NCBI GenBank assembly: GCA_964304625.1
Contig: OZ199838.1
Location: 15,179,650-15,243,649, forward strand
Reading direction: 5' to 3'
DNA: 64,000 nt
Origin: Kudoa neothunni
Taxonomy: Eukaryota; Animalia; Cnidaria
This document shows, in pieces, positions 38,717 through 51,817 of the stretch. Each line of letters begins with the position of its first letter. The first letter of the stretch is position 1. A program made the position numbers and the translations under genes. The notes under the pieces were generated by a model. That model searched no databases and was not told the origin of the DNA. It saw only the letters and a list, made by a program, of their open reading frames with translations.

Positions 38717-41700
38717 TTTCTGAATTATAACTTTTGTATTTTTTTAATTTTATTTAAAATATTTATAACTTCAAAATAAATAAAAGGCCGCAGAATTAAT
38801 TAATGTAGTTTTACAAACGAAATAATATTTAAGTTATGCGTGTGCGTACTCATCGAACCTCGTTTAACCGAAATTTCACTATCCGAAAGAAAAATACTTC
38901 CAATTAGTAAAACTTAATAAGGAATTAAATAGATTTTTCAAATATAAAAATTTAGTGATTGGCATATTATTGTAAGTAACGATTGAAATACTAAGCTTTA
39001 TACTTAATAAACTTTAATTTTAACTGAAGTTATGAAAATTTAATAATACTCTTTAAATAAATCTGAAATATTTAAAAAATGACTCTGATAGAATTATTTT
39101 ATATTCATTTTAAACATAACATTAAATATAACATATTATACTCTAGAAGAGGTCTAAGATATAAATATGAATATAATAAAGTTATCCCAAAAAATTACAT
39201 TTATATTTCAGATTACACCAAATTTTTTGTGACTTAAATATCACCAACGCATAGAAGTAATTTCCTTAAACTTTATTACGAAATATTTTATTTTTAAAGT
39301 ATAATATAAATAACTTTAAATTACAAAAATTGTAATTTTTGATAATTATCAATGTAATATTCATACCTTTTAAGGTTTTGTAAAATGATTTTTCAGAATA
39401 AAAATTTCACCCGACAAATTCATCATAAATTATTATTTGTTACCCTTAATTATTTCTTTCAATTTTACCTATTTCTATCAATAAATACAAGAAATATGTA
39501 TCGTAAGGTTTTAACTCTGAATTGATTGGTGTTATTCTTTATAACTTTTAAAGTATGTTAAGGCCGTTTGTTCTTTATTGTTATCGATGATACTCTCACT
39601 AAATTCCCCATCTTTTAGTCGGTACTGCCGCTTCAAGTTTATTCCTTTAATACAGGAACTGATTCGAGTCAGAGCCAACAGACCGCATTTTTCATCAAGA
39701 CGGTCAAAAATTAATTGCAATCACGACATTTTGTGAAAGCAAATTTCGAATAAAATATAATTTGAATCGAAAATTTTCTGTTATATTTAGGTCATTCATT
39801 TGTATGTGACTTGTTCTGAGAAATGATACCAGATGTTCCAATAGAGTTAAATTTGTCGGCAGATGCGAAAAGGGAAAATATTATTTAGCTGAACTCAATT
39901 TTATCTACAAAAAATATGATGAATTATCTTTTAACGACAAGAGAATATTAATAAATTTCTGAGAGGTTACCATTTAAAAAAGTTCCCTTTAATAATTTTT
40001 GTTCTGCAAAAAGATAACATTTCTTTAACAGGTGCAAAATATTTGTTCAGCGAAGTTATTGAAGATTATATAATATTGTATGAACTCCTGTGTAAAAATG
40101 CAAATATTACACTTTCAGAGAATTTTGAAAACGGCTCAATCAAAATTCAGGAGAGTAGAATTGATGAAATAACTTCTGAAGGGAAACTTGTTGTGTTCAA
40201 CCTAAAATTGATTGAATAAATTTCAATAGAAGGAACTAAGGCGCGTATTAAATCCGATTATTATGCTTTCAATGTCCCAATAAAACGAAAATTGGATAAA
40301 CAATATAAATATCTCATTATATGCACACAGGATTTATTCTGTCATCCTCTAAGCTGGCTGGAGAGTTATTCAGCTTCGCCGATTATACCCTTGACGATTT
40401 CCGCCCAAATTATTCCTCATAAATCTAGAAACGCAAGTATTTCTAAAAGCAACTAAAAGATTATATGGCAAAAAATTGTGTAAACAATTTTTCATAAAAT
40501 TTACAATTTATAGTTAATTCTTCTCTATTTTATCGCTATATTGTTGTATTTAATTAATGATTTTTGACCTAACATAATTAGCTGTTTTGGGGAAATTTTA
40601 AACATATGAAATTTCTATTATTGTGGCCATAAATTTCGTTATTTATGTTTTGTTATGAGCAATGTTAAATACACATTTTAATTTTTTATTAATAAATATT
40701 TCTTTAACTAAAATCCAAATACCAGTCATTATGTTTTAAGCATAAAAACGTCCACCCCATTACCTTCGATTGTACCTAATATGTTTAATCTAGCTCACCA
40801 AATGTAATCTGTTAAAATATGCTTAACTATGTTTTTATAAAATCAAATAATTGTATTTGTTGTATATATATATATACATTTGATTTATAGATTATATTCA
40901 TATCTCTATTATTACATATCTACAAAATATATTACGTGTTACCGCTATTCATGGAAAACGATTAGAGCATTGTGTGTAGTGAATTCTGTAAGTCTTAAGG
41001 TAAATATATTTAAAGTAATGTTTAATTTTATAATTAAAATCAATATAAAAGCTTACTGTTTGCATTTAAATAGCGGTGAGCATAATTCTGTCTTCTTAAA
41101 TGTTATTGCTACAAATATAGATAATTTATTAGTTTTAATAACATAAAAATTATAAAAAATCAAATTTTACTCTAATGCGTAATCTGAAATTAATGTCTAC
41201 AATAGAAGGAAACACGTTTTGTAATCATAATTACAACATACTGTGTGGGAATCTAAGTTTTCATTTCATCGTCATTTGTACGATGGAATCCTCTCCTGGA
41301 TTGAAGGTTGGCTTATATAACTCATTAAAACTCATATTAATCGTTACGAAAATCTTTTTTCCGGCAAATTAAAAATGAGGAAACTGCGTAAAATACAAAA
41401 TTCTAAAATATTTTAATGAAGCTTTGATTTACTACAAAATAACGTTTGTATTCTGTTTAACTCTCTATAAAAAGGAAAGCGTAATGATGAAAAAATCGTC
41501 AACATATAGAGGTAACTGTCTCTTTAGAGTTACTTTTTGTGCTAGTAACGATATGGAAAATTTTTCATAATCATATTCTTAAATGAGATACATAATCATC
41601 TTCCTAGTGTTTCGATATAAAAATTTCTACCTCATCAACTAATAGTCGATTTCTCAGATAATCATCCTTTTGAATTAATATCATTTGGATCTAATAAAAA

Positions 41701-42679
41701 GCGTGTACAAAAAAGGTTTTGCTATGAAACGAATAAAAATATCACAGTGAAATCCCTACATAATATGAAAACAAGAAGAATAACCAGCATAGACGTATTT
41801 ACGACTATCAATATGTTAACTCATAATTTTAATTGTGATGTTAATATTATAAAATTAACAATAATGTTGTTACTTGATTATTTTTGGTTGATCACCTAAT
41901 GCGACTAACCTTTCAATTTCGTTGAAAATTTGTGCTAATGGGGGCAATAAATAAACTTTTTAATTCACGGTGATTATAAATGCAAATATTTTGGTTAAAT
42001 TCCACAATTTATATTCTTATTAGTGCGCCCTTGCATCTAACTGCTGCTAACGATCTTATTTAAGAATTTCGCATAACTTATACATGCATTCTGCATGAAT
42101 TTTTTCAAGCAGACATTGATGATTTCTTGAAACAAATTTTAGAATGCTTCCCTATTTTCAATGAAAAATTATGTATCGTTGTTACTGTTGAGAACATAAA
42201 GTAAGGGGATTTTGGAGAATTGTTTCTTCTAAAACCCACTTTTTACCTGTAAACTTTGTGTAACAAAAAAAATATTTCAAAGGAAGTTAGCACAAAATAA
42301 TGTGAAATAACAACTGATACTCGAAATATACTCATTAAAATATTAACGAATGTTAGTTAAAATTATCATTCCCACCGAGAATGAAAGCAATTAGACGACC
42401 TAAAGAATCTAGGCTAACAGTCATTGTTATTTCTATAAAAAAAACCTACGAAAAAATAATATATTATCAATGTAAATACTAACTTTTTATAAAAAAATGT
42501 TATTTGAACACAAAAATTGTATCATAATCACTCTAATCAATATTTCTAACTCATGCGTTTAATAATTTACCCCTAAGAATTTTCATAAACTAATAATTTA
42601 CTTCCTCACTGTTTTAAATTTTCAAGTTATACAAATATGCCGGTCATTTAAAATAAGTGAACAGTTGCCACAGCATTAA

Positions 42680-44061
42680 CCCTTCCGGGACCAAGCGGGG
42701 TCTATCGTGACCCCATTTTCGATAAATCATATTTTTATGAATGAAGGCGCCATAGGCTTCAGTATAAAATTCACATAATCTTAGAAAATATATTAATATA
42801 CTAAATAAACTCAAATTTTTGAAAAATATTAGAATCTGTCCCAGAAAAAATGCTTATATAATTGAACACGTGTTCTTCATACGTCCACGGACTTCAGACT
42901 ATAACTTCATATTAAAATTATTAATAGATAAAAATAAACAACGACAAATTATCGCAATTAATATATATTAAACGTTCAATAATGGTACAAATTGTATGTT
43001 TTCTTTTTTCCTATCGAAGGATTACGATGACGTCATAAGATTAAATTAAGATTTATCGGCCATATGTATTTTAAACGGTAGGGATAAACAAAGTATATTA
43101 TTTTATTTTAGATGATTGATTTAAGAATAAATTTATATTTAGGAATGCCTTTTGATAATGATATCAATAATTTGGGACTAAATTACAGTGTACGTGTATC
43201 AACTTAGGGGGGAGCACCGTTATTTATTGGTAAATATTTGCGCCAGACTTTCAAGGGTCATTATCATTTGCATTTAAAATATAGTTTAGAACTATTTAAT
43301 AAATGTATTGATATTGTCGAAACGCCTAATTCACAGAATGTATTGATCCACGGAAAAAATCACGATGTGCATTTTGTTAACGAAATATTAATCAAAAAAC
43401 TAATATACGGGGCTATACCTACAAGGGACCTATTTTCTCGTCGCACAGATTCAAAAAAAACTTTCCTTAACGCCAGCCATGTAGTTTAGAAACTGAGTGA
43501 TGTTATCTTTGACAAAAACTTGCTTTCTCTCTAGGAAACTCCGGAATTAATGTGATTTATTCTTAAATAAATCTATTTTAAATTTTCATATTTAATTAAT
43601 TTATTTATTTTGGATGTATAGACATGCTCAAACATTTACAACTATGATCCGTACTTAACTTTACTTTCAATTTTGTGATTAACGATTTATCCCCAAAACC
43701 ATGTCTGATGCCCTGCAAGGTCGCGCGTGTTCATTTCTTTTCTATATTTGTTTGAACCACATTTGTTTATCTCCAGAAACTTTCAACAATGTAAATACAA
43801 TAAAACATATATTTGAAACCTAGAATAACAAGCGTTTTAACGTAGATGTTTATAATATTTAATCGAAGAATTAATTACATTTTTCTCAGCTTTATTCCCT
43901 TTAAAGCGGACTTCTAGTCGGTTAATACAGCGGTGTGGTGAGTAATAATTACAAGAATAACTTTTGGGTAAATTGCACAATACAATAAGGAAATAATTGT
44001 GGGGTCAAGAATGACCCCTATAGGCACATACTGAATTTTTCGACTCGAGGTCCTTCGACGG
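42680..44061. mobile_element. Non-autonomous piggyBac
   Basis: TTAA 42676-42679 and 44062-44065; CCCTTCCGGGACC / GGTCCTTCGACGG ends; GGGGTC-N6-GACCCC palindrome at both ends; no transposase recognised. Confidence 0.85.
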
Positions 44062-44065
44062 TTAA

Positions 44066-46589
44066 CCTTCCGAGCATTTTTGGGGTCCATTGGACCCCAG
44101 CACGAATGTCGAGGGGGTTTTGCGGATCATCCATTGTCTAAAATGCCGACTTTACTATTATTATTCCTCTAAAAATAAATAAATTTTTCGAATATTTTTA
44201 ATTATTTGAGGTTTCCCTCTTATCGAGATTTTCTATCAATTTTGTACATCTAACGTTTTATGGGGTCCAGCGGACCCTACATTTTTTTTATAAGAAATTC
44301 TAAAATTATGAAAAGAAAAATTTCAATTTTATAACAAATTTTATCGTTGCAATCTATTAGATAATTCAAGTTTGTTGGTTTCCGTAGGTGTACGATGTCC
44401 CCGATTGCATCTTTGTCGTGGAATGGAAGAGATTGATCACCAATTTCCTACCACCGATGAATCCAATTTCAGCGAACTTGAAGATGATTATTTGGATGAA
44501 TGTTCATCTTCATCTACTATTGATTCTTCCGATGATTTTGATCACAACAATTTATACGTGGATAAAAATGATGTGTTGTGGACATCAGTTTCCCGACCAC
44601 TACAAAATTTAGAAAAGACAATATGATGACGACAAAGCCAGGCATAACTGCATATGCAAATTCAAGAATTTGTAATATTTATGATCGTTTTACTTTATTC
44701 TTCAATGATAAATTTGATCAAACCGTCATTGCAAATACGAACAAATATGGAGCTTTTCATTAGGGTGAAAAGTGGAAGATGCTAAATATTATTGAATTTA
44801 AAGCGTACCTTGGTATTTTAATTTATATGTCAATATTCAAATCCAAAATGGAATCTCTCAAACAATTATGGAGTATTGATAAAGGGCGTGAGATTTTCCG
44901 AAAGATTATGCTATTGACCAGGTTTACACAGATTAACAGAAGCCTCCATTTTGATGATTATGAGACTAGAGAAATGTGTAAGATCAACGACAAATTCTGC
45001 TACATAAGGGATGTATTTGAAAAATGGAAAAATATTTTACCCATGTGTTTAATTCCCCGTGATGATCTAACTGTTGATGAACAACTAGTTGCATTTCGTT
45101 GTAGATGCTCATTAAAACAGTATATGCCGTCCAAACCAGCTGTGTATGGCATAAAATTTTTTCTTCTAACAGATCCGATCACCAATTTTACTCACAATAT
45201 ATCTGTCTATCTCGGTAGAAACAAAAATGCCCAAAGAGCAAAAAATGTTGGAGAAAATGTCGTTTTGGATCTGTGTCCGCATTTAAAAGAAACCAGTCGA
45301 AACCTCGTATGTGATAACTCTTTCACATCGGTTTCATTGGGGGAAAAAACTTCTTGATCTAAATTTAACATTGTTAGGAACACTCAGACATAATAAAAGA
45401 GACATCCCGCCTATTTTAAAGCCCCCAAAATCAAGAAATGGGTTTTCCTCTGTTTTTGCATTTAATGGCGAAAATATGTTACTATCATATGTACCAAAAA
45501 GGATTGAAGCAGTTATTTTATTAGCTACGTCTTCCAACAACACAAATATTATAGATGATAAAACAAAAAATCCTGAAGTTATTGTGGACTACAACAAAAC
45601 CAAAGGAGGCGTGGATACGATCGATCGAATATTTTCAATGGCGGGTTTAAAAAGATATACCAAAAGGTGGCCAATGGTGATTTTTTACTACATGATTGAT
45701 ATAAGCCTGGTAAATTCCTATTACTTATACAAAGTCATTTTCAAGGACCCCAATATCTCAAGAAATCAGTATTTGGAACAGTTGGCAGATTCATTAATCA
45801 AACCTTTTGTTGGTGGCGATGAATCTATTCCATTCGATGAAAATACTCTCTGCATTGAAGAAAAGGTGCAACATTTGCGCTAGGTTATCTGGTAAGAAAA
45901 ACAAAAACACGCTGTCATAAACGCTCGAAACATTGCTGCAATAACCATTCAAAAATCATTAGTTGTAACTGTGTAGATCAATCTAAACATTAATTTAAGC
46001 TTCCATTTTGTTTATTACTTTGTTCTTATTGATACATTCTTCAGTCATAAATGTAAAATCGCAGTAGATCATAGGGCAAAATGTATATCTGAATAGCCAA
46101 TGTTACCAAAATTAGGTGTCATTGTGATTATTATATCTGAGATGATAGAAATAAAACGGTTGAAACACATTGTAAATATATTTATAACTTGAAGAACGTT
46201 TTATATTTGAAATGGTACGAAAATAACGCAATAAATTCTAATAATACCATAATTTATTAATATTCTACCAGCTGACTTTAAAATATATCAATGTTAATTT
46301 GTTTCTAGTTATAATTTTTAGATATTATTTTTCATTATACGAAGCGATTTAATCGATCTAAATTAGACAAATAACGAAAATAAATCGTAATTTGCCATTC
46401 GGTGATTTCCGGTGTTTATCGGAAGCGCAGTATTTTAGAATTATTATTATTTTTCCCTACGATAGATTTTTTTTAAAACTGAGGAACTTCTTTTTACAAT
46501 TTTTTAAACGGAATAAACGAACAAAAACCTGGGTTCCATTCGACCCCAAAAACGCTTGATGTATAGGCGGTTTTGGCCTGCTCGGAAGG
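44066..46589 (+). mobile_element. piggyBac, full length, frameshifted transposase (about 44423-45993)
   Basis: Perfect TIR CCTTCCGAGCA with TTAA on both sides; GGGGTC-N5-GACCC palindromes; LTVDEQLVAFR..QYMPSKP, NLVCDNSFTS, YNKTKGGVDTID and Cys-rich domain relic. Confidence 0.97.
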
Positions 46590-46621
46590 TTAAAAACGTT
46601 TCTTGGCGAACGTTCATATTA

Positions 46622-47862
46622 TAGGGTTTTCCGAGCTTTAGTGACATCATGCCAAGCATTAGTGACACGTACGTAATTTAAGCTTATAATTAAGTTCACA
46701 TTGTAAATTAATCGGGTAAAAATAATACGAGTGGTATAAATTTAACATTACACGTTAGTTTAATATTTATGAACTTTAAAAACAGATAATAGCGACGATT
46801 CTCAAATGAAAACTCGAACCAAATTTATGAGACAAACAATAAGTGACCGAGATAGGAAAATGATTGCTGATCAGTGCGAATTGGGTTACAGCAACGCCGT
46901 CATCGCTAAAAATGTTGGAATTAAGCGACAAACTGTTGCTTCAATTGTAAAATCATATCTTCTCGATGGGAAAGAAAATTCATTAAAAAGGGGTGGTGAC
47001 TTTTCTTCAAAACTCGATGAAGATCAAGAGTTGCGGATTAGAAGTTGGGTGGATGAGGACGCCACCATTACCCTTAACACTCTTCGTCAAAAACTATTAG
47101 ACGAATGTGGCATGAGTGTTAGCGTTAGCACAATAAATAGATGCCTTAAAGAATTCCATTATTCTTTAAAAATGCTCACCATTGTTCTTGAACGAAGAAA
47201 CTCAGACGATACAGTAGAAAAACGTTTTGTGTACACCCAAGGGTTCAATTCAAAACTGTTTGAGGCAGAAGGCACCAACTTTGTTTTTATTGACGAAGTT
47301 GGTTTTAATGTATCGTCACGTACAAGACAGGGTCGTTCGCTTGCTGGCACATCAGCATGTGTAAACATAAAAGCCGTCAAGTCAAGGGACATATCCGTCA
47401 TCGCAGCGATGAATAAGTATGGCATGGTGCTATATAAAATAAATTGGAGACCAGCAAATGGCGAAGATTTTAAAGAGTTCCTCATTGAGTTGGCAGATTT
47501 GTGCCGTTCTTTGGAAATTGAAGGTCCATGCTTCATACTCGATAATGCAAGGATACATCATTAACGGGGACTTGGCGAAATGAAAGCGACCTTTTAAATT
47601 TAATAGATGATGGTTTCAAAGTTATTACCACCAACGACTTCTCAAGTTATTATCGAAAAATGCTTCGATATATCAGCAGATGTTTGAACCGAGAAATTAT
47701 TCTAGAATAAGTATAAATTATACGATAGTGTTTGAATATCTTTTTCAAATTCCCAAAATTATTATTTTTTGTTCATTCGAAATTTAAAGTAATATTTTCG
47801 CATTTTTTTCCTAATTATATAGCTATCTTAAATACCTTGTCACTAAAGCTCGGAAAACCCTA
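46622..47862 (+). mobile_element. IS630/Tc1-type element with truncated transposase (46806-47564)
   Basis: Perfect 25-bp TIR TAGGGTTTTCCGAGCTTTAGTGACA with TA TSD; HTH region, FIDEVGF and LDNARIHH, then a stop and loss of the segment carrying the catalytic E; C-terminal YYRKMLRYISRCLNREII relic. Confidence 0.95.
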
Positions 47863-48069
47863 TAATAGAAATAAAAATTATTTATTTCATTTGAATATTC
47901 TTAGTAACTAATTTCAATTAAACAATTTTGCATATTAGTTGTATTAATGTTAGAAAGTTGAACTAAAGCTATTTTTTAACCCAAAACTCCTTACATTAAT
48001 GTTGTGTTTTTCACTGGCGTATTTTTCTTTAAAATCGTTAATTGTGTTAGGCCAAAAACCATTAATTAC

Positions 48070-48198
48070 TGTAACATGTGGATTACAAGAGTTGTAATCC
48101 ACCAACCATAAATGCGCGATCAAGAACACTGCGGCGTGGCACCACCGCCTTGAATGCTAAGAACCCAGGTTCGAACCCGGTTCGGACCTTGTGTTAAA
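48070..48198 (+). mobile_element. 129-bp solo-LTR-like element containing a tRNA-like cassette
   Basis: ATTAC|TGTAAC...GTTAAA|ATTAC (5-bp TSD); perfect 11-bp hairpin GTGGATTACAA-GAG-TTGTAATCCAC; box B GGTTCGAACCC; homologous to 54107-54233. Confidence 0.75.
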
Positions 48199-48422
48199 AT
48201 TACAAGTGTGGATTTCAAATTTTAACTGGTGTTATGTACATAATCTCTTCCCAGCCCTGTACACAAACCTGGTAATTAGTTGAGTAATCCATTTAATTCA
48301 TTTTTCATAATCATTGTATTTTTGTGTCAACGTGTTTTCCCTTGCTAACGTTTTGCTAAACTTGGAAACAACAACTGGGTTCTTAGATTTGGAGTTATTC
48401 CCTCCCATAACAATAGACGATA

Positions 48423-50899
48423 GTGTCTATTTGCACAACAAATATGTGTGTGCGAAGATTAAAGGATTAATTATTTTTGGTGTTATTTCTCGCCTTATTC
48501 ATTAGTTATAATAAAAATAAAATAAGTCTAATACAAGAAAACATTTTTTATATGCATATTAAGATATTATGGGTCAGCCATTTTATTATGCTAAAATTTG
48601 TTATATTTAGTAGTGCTCATTATTCGATTCAGTTTATAAACTCATAAAAACAGAATATGCATATGTAAATATATCATGTATTATCAAAACAAAAAATATA
48701 ACGCATTAGCTTCACGCGCAAGATGAATTCTGAGGAGCACGAATTGTTTAAAAATAACTTTTACTCATATTATGATATGAAAGAATCTCTTGATGACTTC
48801 ATTAAGGTATATAAGTGATATGGACGCCTTTTATTGGATTTAGAAATTTGGTTATGCCTATCATGTTGAGAGAAGTATCAAAAATACATCAACTTATTCT
48901 AGTGAATTGAAATATCGCTATGTAAAATATATGTCCTCACGGAAAAGAAATAAAATGTCGTGAAAACATAATCAGATCAAATACTCAGCAAGCTACTGGC
49001 TGCAGGGCATATATAATGGTATCGAGCCTTGATGATTATTTATATGTTTCTAAATATGATTTAAAACATAACCATGGTTCATTCAATATACTGAATTACG
49101 AACATAATCTAAAATTGCCAGAGTGCTCAAGGAAATCTAGAAAAATATCTACAATGGGGATGTGATAATAAGAAAGTCAAGTTATCACTCGAGTCTAATT
49201 TGAATATTCCTGTTAGTCTCAAAAAAGTTCACAACTTGAAATATAAGTCGAAGAAAATACCGAAACTTTCAAACAATTCTGATGAACTATTCAATCTGTC
49301 TGGGAAGAACTTACTATTGGATATTTGTAAAGATGAAGATTACAACCTTAACTTTATTTGTTTAACCAAAAAATCTTTAAGGGGTGTTTATCAATCTTTC
49401 CTTGAGGTTTTACACATTGATGCGACTTGCAAGGTTAATCAACGGTATTATCCATTTTACAATTTTGCTGTTGCTGACGAATAAGGAAGAACCCGTTCCA
49501 TTTTTTTCATTCATTAAAAGTGAACACCAAGTGATAATATCCGGGATTTTTTCAATATTGAACGAACTAATGAAAAGTACTGTTGCCATGAAGGTTGTCT
49601 TCGTGGACAAAGACGCCGCTGAATTAAATTCAATAAAAGAATATCTTCCAAAAAATCGAATTCTTTTATGTTCATTTCATGTGTATAAAGCTATGGGAGA
49701 TAAATAAAATCCCCCACCTCAACGATGCTCACAAATGCTAAAAAGCAACTTTTGGATCTTTATAAGGATTTAATTTATGCAAGTTCGTGTAAATACTTTG
49801 TATATATCTTGGAAAAGATTCGTTAACATGATTCAAACTTATACACTTATCTGAAGAAAAACTGGCTCAACATTCAACCTATGTGGGCAATCTTTTTGAG
49901 GCAAGATGTTACAACCTTTGGGCCAAATACAAACAACCGAATTGAACAAGAACATAGTAAATTAAAAAGATTCCTTAGTAAATCTTCTCTTGTAACTCAA
50001 ATAAATGATGTTCTTAAATTCAGCAAAATTATTGAAAGTGAAAGTTTAATCAAAAACAACGCTACTTGCATGAAGAAAAACCAACTTATTGATCCTGTTA
50101 TAATGCCAATAATGAACAATTTTTGCAACTTTGCGCTAAAAAAATTAAAGAAATATGAAAAATATCAATATACTTTCAATATGGAAATTAAAAAATTTCT
50201 ACTTTGTTCATTTTAATTCAAGTTCAGCTATGGTTACCCTTTGTGATAATAAATTAGTGTGACTGTATCTTTTATCACCAAATTCTTTTGCCATGTGAAC
50301 ACATGTTCGCAATTATCAATAAAGAAAAAATTGATTTGGGCTTTATTCTATTTGGTAGACGGATAATAAAACAATGCGATAGCGATGGCACGTCTATTAT
50401 AGATGATAGTCATGTTCCGTCTTTACCATGGTCTCCTAACGATGGACCACCACATCCTATCGAAATTAATAGAACAACCAACGTTTCAACTTCAATTATA
50501 CCAATAAAATCAAAATTCACAAAAAATAAAGAACTTTGCGACAAACTATTACACCGTCTTAATACACGCGGAGGTCAACAATATAGTCAACTGTTAGAAA
50601 AATTAGAAGATATTTCAAAAGAATATGAAGATATGAATAAATACTCAATTACATTAGATGATAAATTAACATCACCCACTTACAAATTTTCTGTGGAACA
50701 TGTGAAAAGTAAAGGAAAATCTCGACAAGTCAAAAATTATGTTAAATATAACTAAACTAACATTATTACGTATATTAAGTTATTTTTATAATTTATTACA
50801 TTGGTTTTGATTATAACTAATGAATAAGGTGAGAAATAACACCCCAAATAATTAATCCTTTAATCTTCGCGCAAACACATTTGTTGTGCAAATAGACAC
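48423..50899 (+). mobile_element. Mutator (MULE) element with decayed FAR1-MULE-SWIM transposase
   Basis: About 90-bp TIRs starting GTGTCTATTTGCACAACAAAT; motifs GC.A..HNH, LHIDATCK, VDKDAAE..ILLCSFH, NTNNRIEQEH and CDC......PCEH; TSD not recognisable (poly-C on the right). Confidence 0.93.
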
Positions 50900-51740
50900 C
50901 CCCCCCCCCCCCGCATACGGTTATACGGATCCGTAGCAATAGCCATTGTCTTTCTAGTAATTGATTTTGAAAATTTGCAATTAAAATTAATTTATTTTTA
51001 GGATAAAAACTAATTTTTGACCATCCCTGGTTTTCATCATCAATTGTACGCTTACAGGGGGACATTTATGTTTAATTGTACGAACATGTGATGTCAACAA
51101 ATGACGATTAATAAGGGAAGCTTAAGCGCATTATCATTTGAGAAAATTAAGAAGATAAATAGAACACTATGCCTACATTAAGCTGATAAATTTTGATGCA
51201 CCTCTATTATAAACATTTATGATTAAAAACCTGGGGATATCTAAAAAATTATACAGATTACATCGAATTTATGCCTTTTAAAATATAGAAATAAATAATT
51301 TTTTCGTTAATTCATCCTTTGTAATGAAAGATATGTTAATGGTTCCTATTGCGTTAAACATCTAATTTAGATATGAGTATCGCATGCTCACGTTTTTCTA
51401 TCCTTTAGTTACTTTTAGATTTTTTTCGTAAATTGAATCTCAAGTATCGGTCCTTTCCAAAGTTTTTAACCTATTATTTTGTTTTAAGCATGTATTAGAC
51501 CTTATTTTGATCGTTATTGCATACGATAATCATACGCAGGGTGCAAGCTTAGATAAAATGTCAAATCCGTTAACTGAATTGCCTAAAATTAACGTTTATA
51601 AATGTAAAATATTTGTCAAAAAGTTATTTTTTAATTGGTGTATGGAAGAAAAACGCTGTTTGGTGTTAATAGTTTGCGAAAATCGTGTACACCCGCGCAA
51701 TTTTTCAACCTTCCTACTTAATTTCGGATTAGGAGTACAA

Positions 51741-51817
51741 GAACGCCCGGACTAGACTTCGTACTCACAACCTCAAAATATGCAATCTCGACCTAACACC
51801 ACTACACCATATCGTCC
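51741..51817 (-). pseudogene. tRNA-Cys(GCA)-like sequence, possibly a third mini-LTR relative
   Basis: Box A TGGTGTAGTGG, anticodon arm TCGAGA-TTGCATA-TTTTGA, box-B-like GAGTACGAAGTC, GGACG/CGTTC acceptor; flanked by CACCAAT..TATGC upstream and CTTGTA downstream, like 48070 and 54233. Confidence 0.5.

Noticed and set aside
46579-46636. TTCCGAGC shared by the adjacent piggyBac and IS630 TIRs
   Set aside because: An 8-bp match between unrelated superfamilies, each with its own TSD; most likely coincidence.
47565-47837. Fanzor/TnpB cargo or guide RNA in the IS630 element
   Set aside because: The interval holds only the transposase C-terminal relic and an AT-rich UTR; no RuvC motifs seen.
48120-48189. 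Functional tRNA gene
   Set aside because: Acceptor and anticodon stems do not pair properly, and the sequence lies within a TSD-flanked repeat.
48070-48412. Longer (about 340-bp) LTR ending at ATAACA 48412, with a counterpart at 53895
   Set aside because: No TSD at those ends and homology stops at about 128 bp, where the ATTAC TSD lies; 53895 is inside the Helitron.
48314-51065. Two ORFs sharing VYLHNK..CAKIKGLII..VIS.LIH
   Set aside because: Translation of the Mutator TIRs, not a duplicated gene.
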